A stretch of DNA of 64,000 nt from an uncultured Chloroflexota bacterium (GTDB lineage: Bacteria > Chloroflexota > Anaerolineae > Anaerolineales > Anaerolineaceae), in contig CACYHU010000058.1 in assembly GCA_902774215.1 (NCBI GenBank), positions 14,987 to 78,986 of the forward strand, in the 5' to 3' direction. Under the pieces are notes generated by a model that saw only the letters and a program-made list of their open reading frames with translations, had not been told where the DNA came from and searched no databases. This document shows positions 8,612-19,874 of this stretch, one piece after another (position 1 is the stretch's first letter; the number at the start of each line of letters is the position of its first letter). A program made the translations under genes and the position numbers.

Positions 8612-10072
8612 TCAGGAATGGCTCAGCATATGCATCTTCATCTCATAGTAGGCCGGGCTCATATCCAAAAAGTGCAGATGTGGGTTCTCAAAACGCTGTT
8701 CCTCCGGCCATATTTCGTTGTGAAGCTGGTGTTTCACACGATCTGCGATTACGGATACATCTTCAGTTACAAAAGTTCGTTTTCCGCTGATCACCATGGG
8801 CTTCTGCATAAGTTTCGCTGTGCAGTTCTCGTAATTATATTTTTTCCAGGGCCTTTCCGGCGAAATAAAATGATAAGGTTTTGTAAGATCCGGATTTTCT
8901 CCTTTCTTTGTAATCAAATCCGCCACTGCTCTGCCATGTTCATCAAAAATACGGTACACATCTTTCAGCCCCGGGTTAGTAGTTTTTTCAACATTATCCG
9001 AAATCTTGATCCTTGGTTCCCATTCTCCGTTTTCGTTAACAGCACAAAGCTTGTAAACTCCTCCGAAAACAGGTTCGGATTTAGCGGTGATCATACGTTC
9101 ACCAACACCGAATACGTCTACAGGACCTCCCTGTTTGAGAATAGACGAGATGCTGTATTCATCAAGACTATTGGATATGACGATTTTTGCATCAGTGAAA
9201 CCTGCTGCATCCAGTGATTTCCGTGCCTTTTTTGAAAGATAAGCGAGGTCACCGCTGTCCAGCCGGATTCCGTAATTTTTTGACTGGATCCCTTTTTCTT
9301 TCATTTCTTTGAAAACCTTAATCGCATTTGGCACACCTGATCCCATAACATCATATGTATCGACAAGCAGAATACAGTTATGCGGATATACCGATGCAAA
9401 TTTTCGAAAAGCAGTAAGTTCATCTCCAAACAGCATTACCCAGCTGTGAGCCATAGTACCGCTGACAGGAATGCCAAACTTCTGGCCTGCCAAAACAGTA
9501 GCTGTTCCGTGAACGCCGCCGATTGCACAGGCACGGGCTCCAAAAACTGCCGCGTCATTATTGTGAGCACGCCGTGCGCCAAAATCTGAAACGATCCTGC
9601 CATCGGCTGCGTGAACTACACGCTGTGCTTTTGTTGCAATCAGGCTCTGATGGTTGAATTGTGCAAGTATCTCTGTTTCGACAATCTGAGCTTCAACTAT
9701 ATCTGCAATGACGGTGATAACAGGCTCATTGGGATATATTATCGAACCTTCTTCAAAAGCATAAACATCACCATGAAAGCGAAAGGTTTCAAGATATTCC
9801 AAAAAGTCCTCTTCGTATAAATTCAGACTTCGGAGATAGTCCACATCTTCTTTATTAAAATGGAGATTAGTGATGTAGTCTATTATTTGTTCCAACCCTG
9901 CAAAGATTGCAAAACCGCCGCTATCGGGAACTTTGCGAAAAAAAACGTCAAAAGCGACCTTTGAATTTTTCACTTCAGAATCATGAAAATAACCGTTTGC
10001 CATTGTTAATTCATAAAGATCCATTACCATGGCCGGATTGTGGGCTTTAAGGTTTATGTAATTCATGGACAT
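8612..10072 (-). CDS. pncB: Nicotinate phosphoribosyltransferase
   Basis: MSMNYINLKAHNPAMVMDLYELTMANGYF N-terminus typical of PncB. The track start at 10084 is a TTG, so the start is probably the ATG at 10072. Confidence 0.8.
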   Translation of the reverse strand: MSMNYINLKAHNPAMVMDLYELTMANGYFHDSEVKNSKVAFDVFFRKVPDSGGFAIFAGLEQIIDYITNLHFNKEDVDYLRSLNLYEEDFLEYLETFRFHGDVYAFEEGSIIYPNEPVITVIADIVEAQIVETEILAQFNHQSLIATKAQRVVHAADGRIVSDFGARRAHNNDAAVFGARACAIGGVHGTATVLAGQKFGIPVSGTMAHSWVMLFGDELTAFRKFASVYPHNCILLVDTYDVMGSGVPNAIKVFKEMKEKGIQSKNYGIRLDSGDLAYLSKKARKSLDAAGFTDAKIVISNSLDEYSISSILKQGGPVDVFGVGERMITAKSEPVFGGVYKLCAVNENGEWEPRIKISDNVEKTTNPGLKDVYRIFDEHGRAVADLITKKGENPDLTKPYHFISPERPWKKYNYENCTAKLMQKPMVISGKRTFVTEDVSVIADRVKHQLHNEIWPEEQRFENPHLHFLDMSPAYYEMKMHMLSHS

Positions 10073-10088
10073 ATCTTCTTTCAATGAT

Positions 10089-10637
10089 TTATATTATTTC
10101 TATCTGACAGGAACGCATGGTTTCCAAGGCAGCGAGATGTTTTTCAGGCGTGACTCCTGCACAGCATGAAGCATCTGCGCAGATATCGGTTTCAGGAAAA
10201 CGAGCTTTGAGAATTAAAGCGTTAGAAATTACGCAAATATCTGTACAGAGCCCGATGAGTTCAATTTCTGCATCTTTTGGTGCAATTCCCCTGATTTGCA
10301 ATTCCTCTGCAATCACATCCGGCAGTGAAAGACTGCCAAAGGAATATTTTTCGATAATCGCGGCATCTCCCAGTGCCTCCGCAACTTTGTTATTAATCTG
10401 CCAGCCTTCTGTTCCTTTGATACAGTGTTTTACGGGTAAGAATCTCCCTTCCCTTGTTTCAAGATAATTCACTGTGTGCGTATCTTTGGTCGCGAAGACC
10501 ATTGCTTTTTCTTTTGTTCTGGCTTCATTGATTTTTTTGCAAACTGAAGAAACAATGGATTCAGCTTCTTTTGTTCCCAGTGAACCATCAACAAAATCAT
10601 TTTGCATATCGACTACAACGAGAATCTTTTGTTTCAT
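10089..10637 (-). CDS. pncA: Nicotinamidase / isochorismatase-family hydrolase
   Basis: MKQKILVVVDMQNDF with a catalytic Cys in the LIGLCTDICV context. It sits in a NAD-salvage operon with pncB. Confidence 0.75.
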   Translation of the reverse strand: MKQKILVVVDMQNDFVDGSLGTKEAESIVSSVCKKINEARTKEKAMVFATKDTHTVNYLETREGRFLPVKHCIKGTEGWQINNKVAEALGDAAIIEKYSFGSLSLPDVIAEELQIRGIAPKDAEIELIGLCTDICVISNALILKARFPETDICADASCCAGVTPEKHLAALETMRSCQIEII

Positions 10638-10698
10638 TTAAAAATCCTTCCTAATATAACCAGATTATGTAATACAAATTACGTCATCTGGTGAGCAA

Positions 10699-12057
10699 CT
10701 AAATTTCAGATTCGATATCGGACTCTGATGTATTACCTATGAAAAAAGGCTGATAGGATGTCAGATAACGGGTCGGAATCGTTCCTTCGATGATAACACT
10801 GCTTCGTCCGCTTTCAATATATTCTACAACACCCTGATCATGGAAAAGCGCAATCAGAGCACCTTCTGTGTATGGAAGCTGAACCCGTATCTGAACCATC
10901 TTTTCAAACAATGTTTCTACGATGGAAATTTTTAATTCTTCAATTCCTTCTCCTGTTTTCGCAGAAATAAGGCAGGCATCCGGGTCGGTTTCAGCAAGAA
11001 GTTTTCTGGTTTCCTCTATATCTCCATCGAGTAAATCAGCTTTATTAAATACATTAATGGTCGGAATGTTATCAGCTTCAATCTCTGCAAGTGTCTGTTT
11101 AACTGATTCAAATTGCGCTCCGGCATTGTAATGAGATACATCTATTACATGAAGCAGCAGATCAGCCTCGTTAATTTCCTCAAGGGTAGATTTAAATGCA
11201 GCAATAAGGTCTGTCGGGAGCTTCTGGATAAAACCAACTGTATCGGTAAATAGACATACGCGTTCACCCGGCAGGATCACTCTTCTTGTTGTCGGGTCAA
11301 GTGTTGCAAAAAGCTGATCTGCCGCATAAACGTCAGATTTTGATAAACAGTTTAACAGCGTTGATTTACCCGCATTTGTGTAGCCAACCAAAGCTATAAC
11401 CGGAATCCGGGATCGTTTACGCTGGACACGATATCGGCGCCGGTGTTCAGACAATGATTCAATTTCCCGTTTTAAAATGGTTATACGCTTGCGGATTTCC
11501 CTCTTATCTACTTCGAGCTGAGTTTCACCCGGACCGCGAAGCCCAACACCTCCGACACTTCCGGAACGTCCGGAGGCTCCACCGGTCTGCCGTCCGAGAT
11601 GCCCCCATGCATGTGAAAGTCGGGGAAGACGATATTCGTTTTGAGCCAGTTCAACCTGCAGGCGCCCTTCTTTTGTGCTTGCATGCTGGGCAAAAATATC
11701 GAGAATCAGCGCAGTGCGGTCTAATACCCGGACTTTATCTCCAAAGCGTTTGGAAAGTTCCCTCAGATGGCGGGGTGTCAATTCATCATCGAAGATGATC
11801 ACATCTGCAAGTGTTTCTTCAGCCAGTGCTGCAATTTCCTCAACTTTTCCGGATCCGACATATGTTGCGACATTTGGATGGTCAAGCTTTTGAGATGTTT
11901 CTCCGACTACTTCCAGCCCTGCTGTATCTGCTAACAAAGCCAGCTCTTCAAGGCTGTCTTCAGTGTCTAATAACTGCTCGGAATTCTTTATTTCTGCAGT
12001 TACCAGAAAAGCCCGCTCTTTTGGCGGTTTGGTTGATATTAATTCATTCGAACTCAT
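10699..12057 (-). CDS. hflX: GTPase HflX
   Basis: G1 motif GYTNAGKSTLLN, G3 motif DTVGF, and an HflX-type N-terminal domain. Confidence 0.85.
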   Translation of the reverse strand: MSSNELISTKPPKERAFLVTAEIKNSEQLLDTEDSLEELALLADTAGLEVVGETSQKLDHPNVATYVGSGKVEEIAALAEETLADVIIFDDELTPRHLRELSKRFGDKVRVLDRTALILDIFAQHASTKEGRLQVELAQNEYRLPRLSHAWGHLGRQTGGASGRSGSVGGVGLRGPGETQLEVDKREIRKRITILKREIESLSEHRRRYRVQRKRSRIPVIALVGYTNAGKSTLLNCLSKSDVYAADQLFATLDPTTRRVILPGERVCLFTDTVGFIQKLPTDLIAAFKSTLEEINEADLLLHVIDVSHYNAGAQFESVKQTLAEIEADNIPTINVFNKADLLDGDIEETRKLLAETDPDACLISAKTGEGIEELKISIVETLFEKMVQIRVQLPYTEGALIALFHDQGVVEYIESGRSSVIIEGTIPTRYLTSYQPFFIGNTSESDIESEI

Positions 12058-12071
12058 GTGACTAATTATAT

Positions 12072-13703
12072 ATGAATTTTGTCCGGATGGGATATAATCC
12101 AGTTATGGGAACGATTATTGATCTTTCTACACCATTGCAAAAAAAAAGTTCCGCTGAGGAGGAGTTTTCCCGATCCCGTTTTGATACAGAAATTATTCAT
12201 TTACAGAACTATGATAATTTTTACAGTCTGATGGATCGGCTTCAGCAATGGGATGCTTCGGGAGAAGATTGCCACAGGCTTCTGCTTTTATGGCCTGCCA
12301 GGGGGAAAATTCTTGAGTCTCCGCTTGATTTTAGCCGTATGCGCAGTTGGGCTAAGCAGAACCATTATGAGATTGCGCTTGTGATTCCCGGAGATAAAAT
12401 AAAGCGTGAAATTGCAGCGGAGGAGGGAGTTTCTGCTTTTGAAAGCATAAAAGAAGCTGAAGAAAAAGATTGGAAATCCTTTGAAAATAGTATTCCCATT
12501 ACTGAAGAACATCAAAGACTGCGGAATCTTATTATTCTGAAGGAGAACGTAGAAAAAACACAACACACGCGGTCATCATTCGGGATCAGTATATGCTCAT
12601 TTCTCCTGACGATAGCTGTATTATTGGGCGTTTGTTACGCAATATTACCGCAAGCCCGGGTCGTAATTACACCTTATCTCACAAGGAAAAGTATAAACAT
12701 GACGATCTGGACAGATGACCGATTAGATATCCCTACCATAGCCGGCGGTATTCCAACGGAGGAAAGAGTTTATGAGTTGTATTTATCTGCAGAGGTACCT
12801 GCCAGCGGTGTGGTTCAGACAGTACCCGGTGTTGCGGTTGGTGAAATACTTGTTCAAAATAGCTGCAGCCGTATAGTCTCTTCTCCGGCAGGAGTACTGG
12901 TAGGAACTGATGAAGATTTTGAGAGTGGTGTTAATTTTATAACGCTTGAAGATATTTCTCTTCCCCCTGATACCCAAAAGACAGTCCGAATTGAAGCTGT
13001 GAATGGCGGAGAATCGGGTAATCTGAACGCAGGAAGGATATTATTCGCGGAATACCCCGAATCATTGTGCTGGAATATTACACAAATACAACCCACACAT
13101 GGCGGAACATCCGGTACGTATAAATCTCCGAATGAAAATGATTTGGAAAAAGCGCGGAAACAGATAGAATCACAAATTCCGGAAGCTGCATATATGGCAT
13201 TAGAAAATGATCCGGATGGGCATGATCTTCTTCCGCTTGGTGATGCGGTTGTTACGGCAGTAAAAAGCATTAACTATTCTCCTGAAATGGGATTTGCCGC
13301 TGATATGCTGAATGTGAGAGAGTCGTTAGAAGTAACCTATAAAACGATTCGGAAATCTGATATGGAAATGATTGTGGAGGGTCAGGCTTCACGTATGAAT
13401 ATTCAGGCTGTCAGCTTTACAGGATATGAAATCCTTTCCGAGCCAAAAGAGAAGAATGGTTTGCTGACATGGGATGTTCGTGCCGATTATCTCGTTTATG
13501 AGCCGCAATCAAATGAGGAAGCTTTGCAGATCATGCTGCGGGGAAAAACCCTGGAACAGGCAGATTCGATTTTAAAAACGCTCGATCATGTGAAATCTTC
13601 CAAAATAACGCTTTTTCCATCGATTTTAAAACGAATGCCTCTCACTGCACAGAATATTAAAGTGATCATTTATCCGGCTGTTGAGGTGGAGAAGGAAAAA
13701 TGA
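12072..13703 (+). CDS. Hypothetical protein with one TM segment (543 aa; start uncertain)
   Basis: Long ORF with an internal TM helix (ICSFLLTIAVLLGVCYAILP) and no recognisable motif. A TATAAT lies at 12099-12104, so the true start may be the downstream MGTIIDL. Confidence 0.4.
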   Translation: MNFVRMGYNPVMGTIIDLSTPLQKKSSAEEEFSRSRFDTEIIHLQNYDNFYSLMDRLQQWDASGEDCHRLLLLWPARGKILESPLDFSRMRSWAKQNHYEIALVIPGDKIKREIAAEEGVSAFESIKEAEEKDWKSFENSIPITEEHQRLRNLIILKENVEKTQHTRSSFGISICSFLLTIAVLLGVCYAILPQARVVITPYLTRKSINMTIWTDDRLDIPTIAGGIPTEERVYELYLSAEVPASGVVQTVPGVAVGEILVQNSCSRIVSSPAGVLVGTDEDFESGVNFITLEDISLPPDTQKTVRIEAVNGGESGNLNAGRILFAEYPESLCWNITQIQPTHGGTSGTYKSPNENDLEKARKQIESQIPEAAYMALENDPDGHDLLPLGDAVVTAVKSINYSPEMGFAADMLNVRESLEVTYKTIRKSDMEMIVEGQASRMNIQAVSFTGYEILSEPKEKNGLLTWDVRADYLVYEPQSNEEALQIMLRGKTLEQADSILKTLDHVKSSKITLFPSILKRMPLTAQNIKVIIYPAVEVEKEK

Positions 13704-14173
13704 AGGTAATTTTAGCTGTAGATCCCGGAGAAAAGAATATCGGGTTAGCAAAATCAGATCCGTTGGGCATAGGGGCTTCAGCGCTTTGTGTGATCCATCA
13801 TGTTCAGCAGGAAAAAGATGCACAGGTAATAGCGGAAAAAGCTCGGGAATGCGGTGCATCCTCTATACTGATTGGTCAGCCATTGAACGCTGATGGAACA
13901 GAGAACCCGAAAACCCGGCATTCTGCAAAGCTCGCTGAAGCGGTCAGCCGCTATTTTGATGGTGAGGTATTCCTATATGATGAATATGGCAGTACTATTG
14001 CGACACGGGAACGATTTAAGGAAATGGGCGTACGCCGTTCAAAACGTCTTGGCCATTTAGATGCACATGCTGCCCAGACTATTTTGCAGAACTATCTGGA
14101 TGAGCAATACGAAAAAAGGTACTGGGGCGGAGATACTGAATTGTCTGATAAAGATGGAGAAACCCTTGAATAG
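13700..14173 (+). CDS. ruvX: Holliday-junction resolvase-like RuvX/YqgF
   Basis: MKVILAVDPGEKNIGLAKSD N-terminus. It overlaps the upstream stop (ATGA). Confidence 0.85.
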   Translation: MKVILAVDPGEKNIGLAKSDPLGIGASALCVIHHVQQEKDAQVIAEKARECGASSILIGQPLNADGTENPKTRHSAKLAEAVSRYFDGEVFLYDEYGSTIATRERFKEMGVRRSKRLGHLDAHAAQTILQNYLDEQYEKRYWGGDTELSDKDGETLE

Positions 14174-15275
14174 AAAATGGCTTTTAATTATCGTCGGGAT
14201 CATTATTATTCTTTTGCTATTTGCGGCCTTTTTATCTATTCGGACAAGAATAAGCCGAACAGAAGAAATACTTGGACCGGTATCTGAAAATTTAGGAGCG
14301 GTTCAACGCATTCGTACTGCTCTGCGATGCTCTGATGTTTTGGATCGATTTACTGAATCAGTTAATCCATCGGCAAGCCGTTACCTTTTAGAAATCGAAA
14401 CAGGTGAAGGTGTGAATTCAATTATTGAAAAAATTGCCGTTGGACTTGATGCGGATCCTGAAATTCTGCGCCTGTATCTGGTGTATACCGGCGCAGACAG
14501 ACAGATAAAACCGGGACGGTATGCACTCAGCGGTTCTTTATCGATCCCGCAGATAACGGATTTGATCACAGCGGCTGGTAAATCTCTTGTACGTTTTGTT
14601 TTTTTCTCAGGAATGCGTTTGGAAGAGATCGCAGAGTTGATTGACAGCTATGAATTTAGTTTCAGCGGCAGTGACTTTCTTGAACTTGCAAACAATTATC
14701 CTGCTGCGCTTCATCCGGCTGGATTGACTTCTTTGGAAGGTTATTTTGTCCCCGGAACTTATGAAATGAGCCGCGGTATCTCTCTTGAAGATTTCCTTGG
14801 AAATTTTGTGAATGTCTTCCGGAGACGAGTTCAGGAACCTTTTGAGACTAAGTTCCGCTCCAATGGACTGTCACTGCATCAGGCAGTGATACTTGCTTCT
14901 ATGATTGCCCGGGAGGCTATGTCGGAATCGGAGTACGGGAAAATAGCTTCTGTTTTTTATAACCGTATCAGGGCGGGTATGAAATTCGAAAGTGATCCAA
15001 CGGCTCAATATGCTATTGGATTTGATAAATACAGCAATTCCTGGTGGAAAATGCCGCTGACAGCAGCTGATGTAGCTGTGATTTCACCTTATAATACCTA
15101 TCTGGTGGATGGATTCCCTCCGGGACCGATCTGCAGTCCTTCTGCTGCGATATTTGAGGCAGTGGCACAACCGGAACAAACAGATTATTATTATTTTCGT
15201 GCCCGCTGCGACAACACACCATATCATAATTTTTCCCGGACTTTTGCTGAACATGAAGCTTACGGGTGTAATTAG
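14154..15275 (+). CDS. mltG: Endolytic murein transglycosylase MltG (YceG-like)
   Basis: N-terminal TM helix followed by a YceG-like domain (ASVFYNRIRAGMKFESDPTAQYA... YNTY.. GFPPGPICSPS). The internal ATG at 14154 is used as the start. Confidence 0.8.
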   Translation: MEKPLNRKWLLIIVGIIIILLLFAAFLSIRTRISRTEEILGPVSENLGAVQRIRTALRCSDVLDRFTESVNPSASRYLLEIETGEGVNSIIEKIAVGLDADPEILRLYLVYTGADRQIKPGRYALSGSLSIPQITDLITAAGKSLVRFVFFSGMRLEEIAELIDSYEFSFSGSDFLELANNYPAALHPAGLTSLEGYFVPGTYEMSRGISLEDFLGNFVNVFRRRVQEPFETKFRSNGLSLHQAVILASMIAREAMSESEYGKIASVFYNRIRAGMKFESDPTAQYAIGFDKYSNSWWKMPLTAADVAVISPYNTYLVDGFPPGPICSPSAAIFEAVAQPEQTDYYYFRARCDNTPYHNFSRTFAEHEAYGCN

Positions 15276-15289
15276 ACAGGAATTTATTT

Positions 15290-16882
15290 ATGAATAAATT
15301 ATTAATGGGTCATGAACGGGATATCCCTATGCGGGAAAACCGGAAAGCTTTAAATATTATTTTCAGTATCTTATTTATCCTGTTGATCCTTTTCAGTGCT
15401 TATATTTTTATCCGCTGTACACCGGATGGAGTCGGGCTGGTCAGTGATTCCGTGAATTATATCAATGGCGGCAGATCTATTGCCGCAGGGAACGGATACT
15501 ATCGTCAGAGCGGCGGAGGTGAACTGAAGCCGATAACAAATTTTCCCCCTCTCTATTCTATTTGCCTGGCACTGCCATTCCTTTTCAACATGGACTGGCA
15601 GCTTGCAGTCTGGTGGGTGAGCTTGTTTTTCTTTGTGTTGAACACTGCGCTGCTTATACGTCTGATATGGCTTGCAAGCGGAAATCGCTGGGCAGGGTTG
15701 CTTGGTACGGTAATGCTGCTGATGATGAGACCTTATCTTTATTATCAGTTTTATGCTATGTCCGAACCTGTATATTATTTCTGCACGCTGCTTGCATTTG
15801 TTTGTATGCTGCGTGGTTATCGCAGCGGCAGATTCCCGTGGTGGTTTGGATGCGGGATAGCCTGTGGCGGAGCCTTTTTAGCTCGTTATATCGGGATAGT
15901 CTCTCTATGTGCGATATTTGGAGCTGTAATTATTTTCTGCCGAGAGAAGCGGAGACATTCAATACTTGGGTTGTTTGGCGGTTCGCTTCCATTGATCGCT
16001 GCATGGCTGATCCGGAATGCATTGATCACGGGAAATGCTTCAAACCGTCAGATTCTTTTCCATTGGGTTACAATTGATGATTTGCGGCATGGAGTGATGA
16101 TTCTCTGGCGATGGATCTATCCGTCGCGCTATGGCGGAATGGAAGAACCGGTTGGCTGGATGGTTTGGGCAACCGCAGGATTTATGATCTTTGCTTTGAT
16201 TTTTTGTGTTGTCATTATGATCGCTGCATCCAGACGAAAAAAACTATTACCGGAGCCAATCGTCAGTATCTGGACCTGGATGCTTTTTATCCTCGGGTAT
16301 AATCTGTCTGTTATACTTACAATTTCTCTCTTTGATGCTTCGGTTAATATTGAGGAACGAATTCTTTTCCCTGCATTTATGATTTTTTTCCTGATCCCTT
16401 CTGTTATTTTTGGATGGCTGCTGAACCGTCGTGATTATCTTCCGGCTTTGCTGCCTTTAGCTCTGATTCTTTTCTTTACCTTCAATTTTGCCAAAGATAC
16501 GGAACCTCATCTTTCCGATATGGCGGAACATGGTTATGGCTGGGGATGGGAAGGCTGGAATACTTCTCCCGCAATGCAGATCATTCGGGAATTACCGGAA
16601 GAAAAGATCATCTATTCCAACCAGATTGAAGCAGTCAGTCTGTGGACAGGACGCGGAGCATATGCATTACTGGATCCGGTCGATCCTTCCAGTAATCAGG
16701 TAAGAGAAGGATATCAGGATGCATTAAATGAGATCCGCCGCCAGGTGAATGACGGCGAATCAGTGTTGGTTTTCTTTGGAATCACGAGCTGGGTAGCGGA
16801 CGGTGATAATTGGATCACACAGCTTTGTGAAGGACTTCCCTTTATATACCGCGACACCAGCGAATGGGTTTTAGGTAAATAA
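15290..16882 (+). CDS. Polytopic membrane protein, GT-C (ArnT/PMT, GT39/83)-like glycosyltransferase
   Basis: About 12 predicted TM helices with a periplasmic loop after TM1, the overall architecture of GT-C transferases. Assignment is from architecture only. Confidence 0.4.
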   Translation: MNKLLMGHERDIPMRENRKALNIIFSILFILLILFSAYIFIRCTPDGVGLVSDSVNYINGGRSIAAGNGYYRQSGGGELKPITNFPPLYSICLALPFLFNMDWQLAVWWVSLFFFVLNTALLIRLIWLASGNRWAGLLGTVMLLMMRPYLYYQFYAMSEPVYYFCTLLAFVCMLRGYRSGRFPWWFGCGIACGGAFLARYIGIVSLCAIFGAVIIFCREKRRHSILGLFGGSLPLIAAWLIRNALITGNASNRQILFHWVTIDDLRHGVMILWRWIYPSRYGGMEEPVGWMVWATAGFMIFALIFCVVIMIAASRRKKLLPEPIVSIWTWMLFILGYNLSVILTISLFDASVNIEERILFPAFMIFFLIPSVIFGWLLNRRDYLPALLPLALILFFTFNFAKDTEPHLSDMAEHGYGWGWEGWNTSPAMQIIRELPEEKIIYSNQIEAVSLWTGRGAYALLDPVDPSSNQVREGYQDALNEIRRQVNDGESVLVFFGITSWVADGDNWITQLCEGLPFIYRDTSEWVLGK

Positions 16883-16888
16883 GTGATA

Positions 16889-18046
16889 TTATGGTTCGGA
16901 ATTAAGAACGTTTGCTGTGGGAATCACGTCTTTACCGAGAACCAGCTGCGGCATGGCACCTTCCGGAACAATGATGAACTTATCCGTACCCTTGATAGCT
17001 GAAGCATTCATTTCCGAAACCTTCAGCTGGTAATATCCCGGGTTTTCTTCATAGATTTGAGCCATCAGCCGTTCTTTCGCCAGATCCGCCTGTGCCTCAA
17101 GTTCTGCGGCTTTTGCCTTTTCCGCATTTAATTCCTGTTCAAGGATCGCGTTTTCCTTTTCCGCCTTCAAGACTTCTCTCCGGGCAATCAATTCCTTTTC
17201 TTCCAGTTCTGCAAGCGTGACTTTCTGACGTGCAGTTTCCTGCTGTGCAGCCTGTTGGACGCGGATTTCTGCTTCTTTCTGAACGGCGTTGGCTTTCCCT
17301 TCTTCCTCGAGCTTTTGTGCCTGAGCTTTAGCTTTTTCAGCATCGAGCAGATATTGGTTGGTTTCATTGATGACCTGCATTGCCTGTTCAGAAGCCTGGA
17401 CATCTGTCACAACTACATTATTTACGTACATGCCGATTTCATTCGTAAGTTTTTCCAGTTCATTTTCGATGCAGTTTCGCAGTGTATCTCGGCCTTCCGC
17501 AACAGCGTTCCCGCGCAAGTCATTTTGCCCGACACAGACCTTCATCGCCTGGCGTGAGAAGCCATCCATTTGATCCTTCAGCACATTATTGTCTACATAA
17601 CTTTGACGATAATTAACATAATGGCGGGCGATTTCATCCTTAGTGAAATAGCTGATGGTTCCGTCAGATTTCACAGATTTGATGGATGTCAGCGAAGGAC
17701 GGAATACCTGACCGCGGATCTCAACATAAACAGGCTGCATATCCTTGGTGAAAACTTCGTCATCGGCAACGTCGAATGTCACGCCTTCAATATTGTAATT
17801 TTCAAGCTTGACATAAAGTCCAAAGTCATTGTAAATACCGCCGGGACCGACAATATCAACGATCTCTCCTGCGCGTATCTTGACACCCATTTCCTGCTGT
17901 TCGAGCCCTTTCATCAAATAGACCGGCTTGAAGATAATAAATGCCGCTGCAAGAATCAGTATGATGATAACAATCAGGATACCTGTTCGTGAGCTCTTTT
18001 TTAAACTTTTGTTTGAATAATTATTTTCCGGCTGATAGTTTTCCAT
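16889..18046 (-). CDS. SPFH/band-7 domain membrane protein with a C-terminal coiled coil
   Basis: N-terminal TM helix, SPFH core, then an EA/K-rich coiled coil. A strong RBS (AAAAGGAGGT) precedes the ATG at 18046. Confidence 0.75.
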   Translation of the reverse strand: MENYQPENNYSNKSLKKSSRTGILIVIIILILAAAFIIFKPVYLMKGLEQQEMGVKIRAGEIVDIVGPGGIYNDFGLYVKLENYNIEGVTFDVADDEVFTKDMQPVYVEIRGQVFRPSLTSIKSVKSDGTISYFTKDEIARHYVNYRQSYVDNNVLKDQMDGFSRQAMKVCVGQNDLRGNAVAEGRDTLRNCIENELEKLTNEIGMYVNNVVVTDVQASEQAMQVINETNQYLLDAEKAKAQAQKLEEEGKANAVQKEAEIRVQQAAQQETARQKVTLAELEEKELIARREVLKAEKENAILEQELNAEKAKAAELEAQADLAKERLMAQIYEENPGYYQLKVSEMNASAIKGTDKFIIVPEGAMPQLVLGKDVIPTANVLNSEP

Positions 18047-18322
18047 GTTTACCTCCTTTTAGCGAAATGAGACAGATTACGTATTATTAATTAATTTGTA
18101 AAATAGCTTACCGTATTTTGGTAAAATCTGCAAATACCGATACAGATTAATTGATGTTTATGAGAATTATTCGTAAGAAGTGTTTGTTATTTGGAAAACA
18201 AGTTTTTAAACATCATTCCTTCCTCTGATCCGAAAATTTTCAGTTTCAGAATTCATGTTATTATTATATTGAGATACTTATGTTAATATGGAATTGAAAA
18301 ATAAATAGAAAAGACAGGAACT

Positions 18323-19781
18323 ATGAACAAAAACGAAAAACAACGATGCGTGATGATCAGTGCCGACCATGGATTGGCGATCGTCTATTTTTTACAGACA
18401 GATGTAGTACAAACCATGCTTGATGCAGGGATAAGGGTTGTTGTTCTGACAGATGACGGGGTCGTATGTTGAAGGTCTTCGCCTGGAACAATGTAAAAAG
18501 TATTTCAATGATGTTGACCATACTGACCAATACTGGCTTCATTTTCTGCGATGGATGGGCGGATCTGATAAAGTGAATACCACTGCGATAGACTGTCATC
18601 TTCGGCAGCGCGGGCATGAATCTGCAATGACGGAAAAGCTTATCCGGATGCCGGTGATTCGTTCAAAGGTGAAGCAGCTTCGCAAATCGGCTGATGCGCG
18701 TAAAGCATTGGTAAAAAGTCAGATGAAATATACGACGCAGATTTATGGCGATTTGTTCGAAAAATACCAGCCCGATCTGGTTATTGCCAGTACTGCCGGA
18801 TGGCGGCTTGACCGCTATTTGCTACGTGAAGCAGCTGCAGCAGGAATTGAGACCTGTCTGGCTGTTATCGGTTGGGACAATCCAAGCAGTTACCGACTGC
18901 CGGGGGCACCAATGCAGTGGGCGAACTGTTGGTCCGGTGAACAGAAACGGGAATTGGTCGATGGCGCGGATTGGCTTCCGGAGCGGGTCAACATCGGTGG
19001 CATTCCGACATACGATGGCTATTTCCGTAATACCTGGCGTATGAGCCGGGAGGATTATTTCAAACTTCATGATCTGGACCCGGATCGTAAGCTGATTTCT
19101 TTTGCCTGCAGTTTTATCACTTTCTCACCGAATTATCAGGATATTGAGGCATTGGTAAAACTGGTTTCGGAAGATCAGCTTTGTGAACCTTCTCAGCTGC
19201 TTATCCGGCTGCATCCAAATCATTTTATAAAAGATTCCCTATTTGAAGAGGAAGCGATTAGAATTCGGGAACTGATCAGGGATAAACCGCATGTACATCT
19301 GATTGAACCGGTAGCACTGGGTGGTGATTTGGGTTTTTACTCGGGAGAAGATATGCCTGAAAAGGATTCAATGATGGCATGGTCGGATGTTTTTTGTACT
19401 GTTTATTCCACGATGGTGGTAGAGACAGCAATTCATGACCGCCCAATCATTGCTGTCTGTATTGATGCACCGGGCGGATGGAATAAGCCGGAAAAGTTCT
19501 GCCTTTCTCTTTCCGAAATTGGAGAATGGCCTACGCATGAGCGATATCGTAATGCCGGAGCAGGACGTGTGGTTTATAACATAGATGAATTGCGGGAGAC
19601 ACTGGATCTTTATCTCTCACATCCGGAAACTGATCATGAGGAACGGATGAAGTTCATTATTGATGAATGTACCTTTACTGACGGTACATCCGGAAGACAT
19701 ACCGGTGAATATTTTGTGAAACTTGCCAGACAGGCAAAGCATCACGAACATCCTGTTTACCAGTTTGATCTGATTGAATAA
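18323..19781 (+). pseudogene. GT-B-like/capsule-synthesis-like protein interrupted by a +1 frameshift in a GGGG run (near 18462-18467)
   Basis: A 50-codon ORF (MNKNEKQRCVMISADHGLAIVYFLQTDVVQTMLDAGIRVVVLTDDGVVC*) starts at 18323. Removing one G of GACGGGGTCG joins it to the 442-aa ORF (…LTDDG-SYVEGLRLEQ…) with no intervening stop. Confidence 0.55.
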
Positions 19782-19874
19782 AACATAAATACAGACAGGC
19801 ACCGGTGTGCTGTAAAAAAACAGTTCATCATTGCCTGTCTTTATTTTAAAATAATAATAATAATAAATCAGACT

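Noticed and set aside
19851-19866. (ATA)n microsatellite between the GT-like gene and rsmI
   Set aside because: Only about five units in an AT-rich intergenic region. It has no obvious regulatory context.
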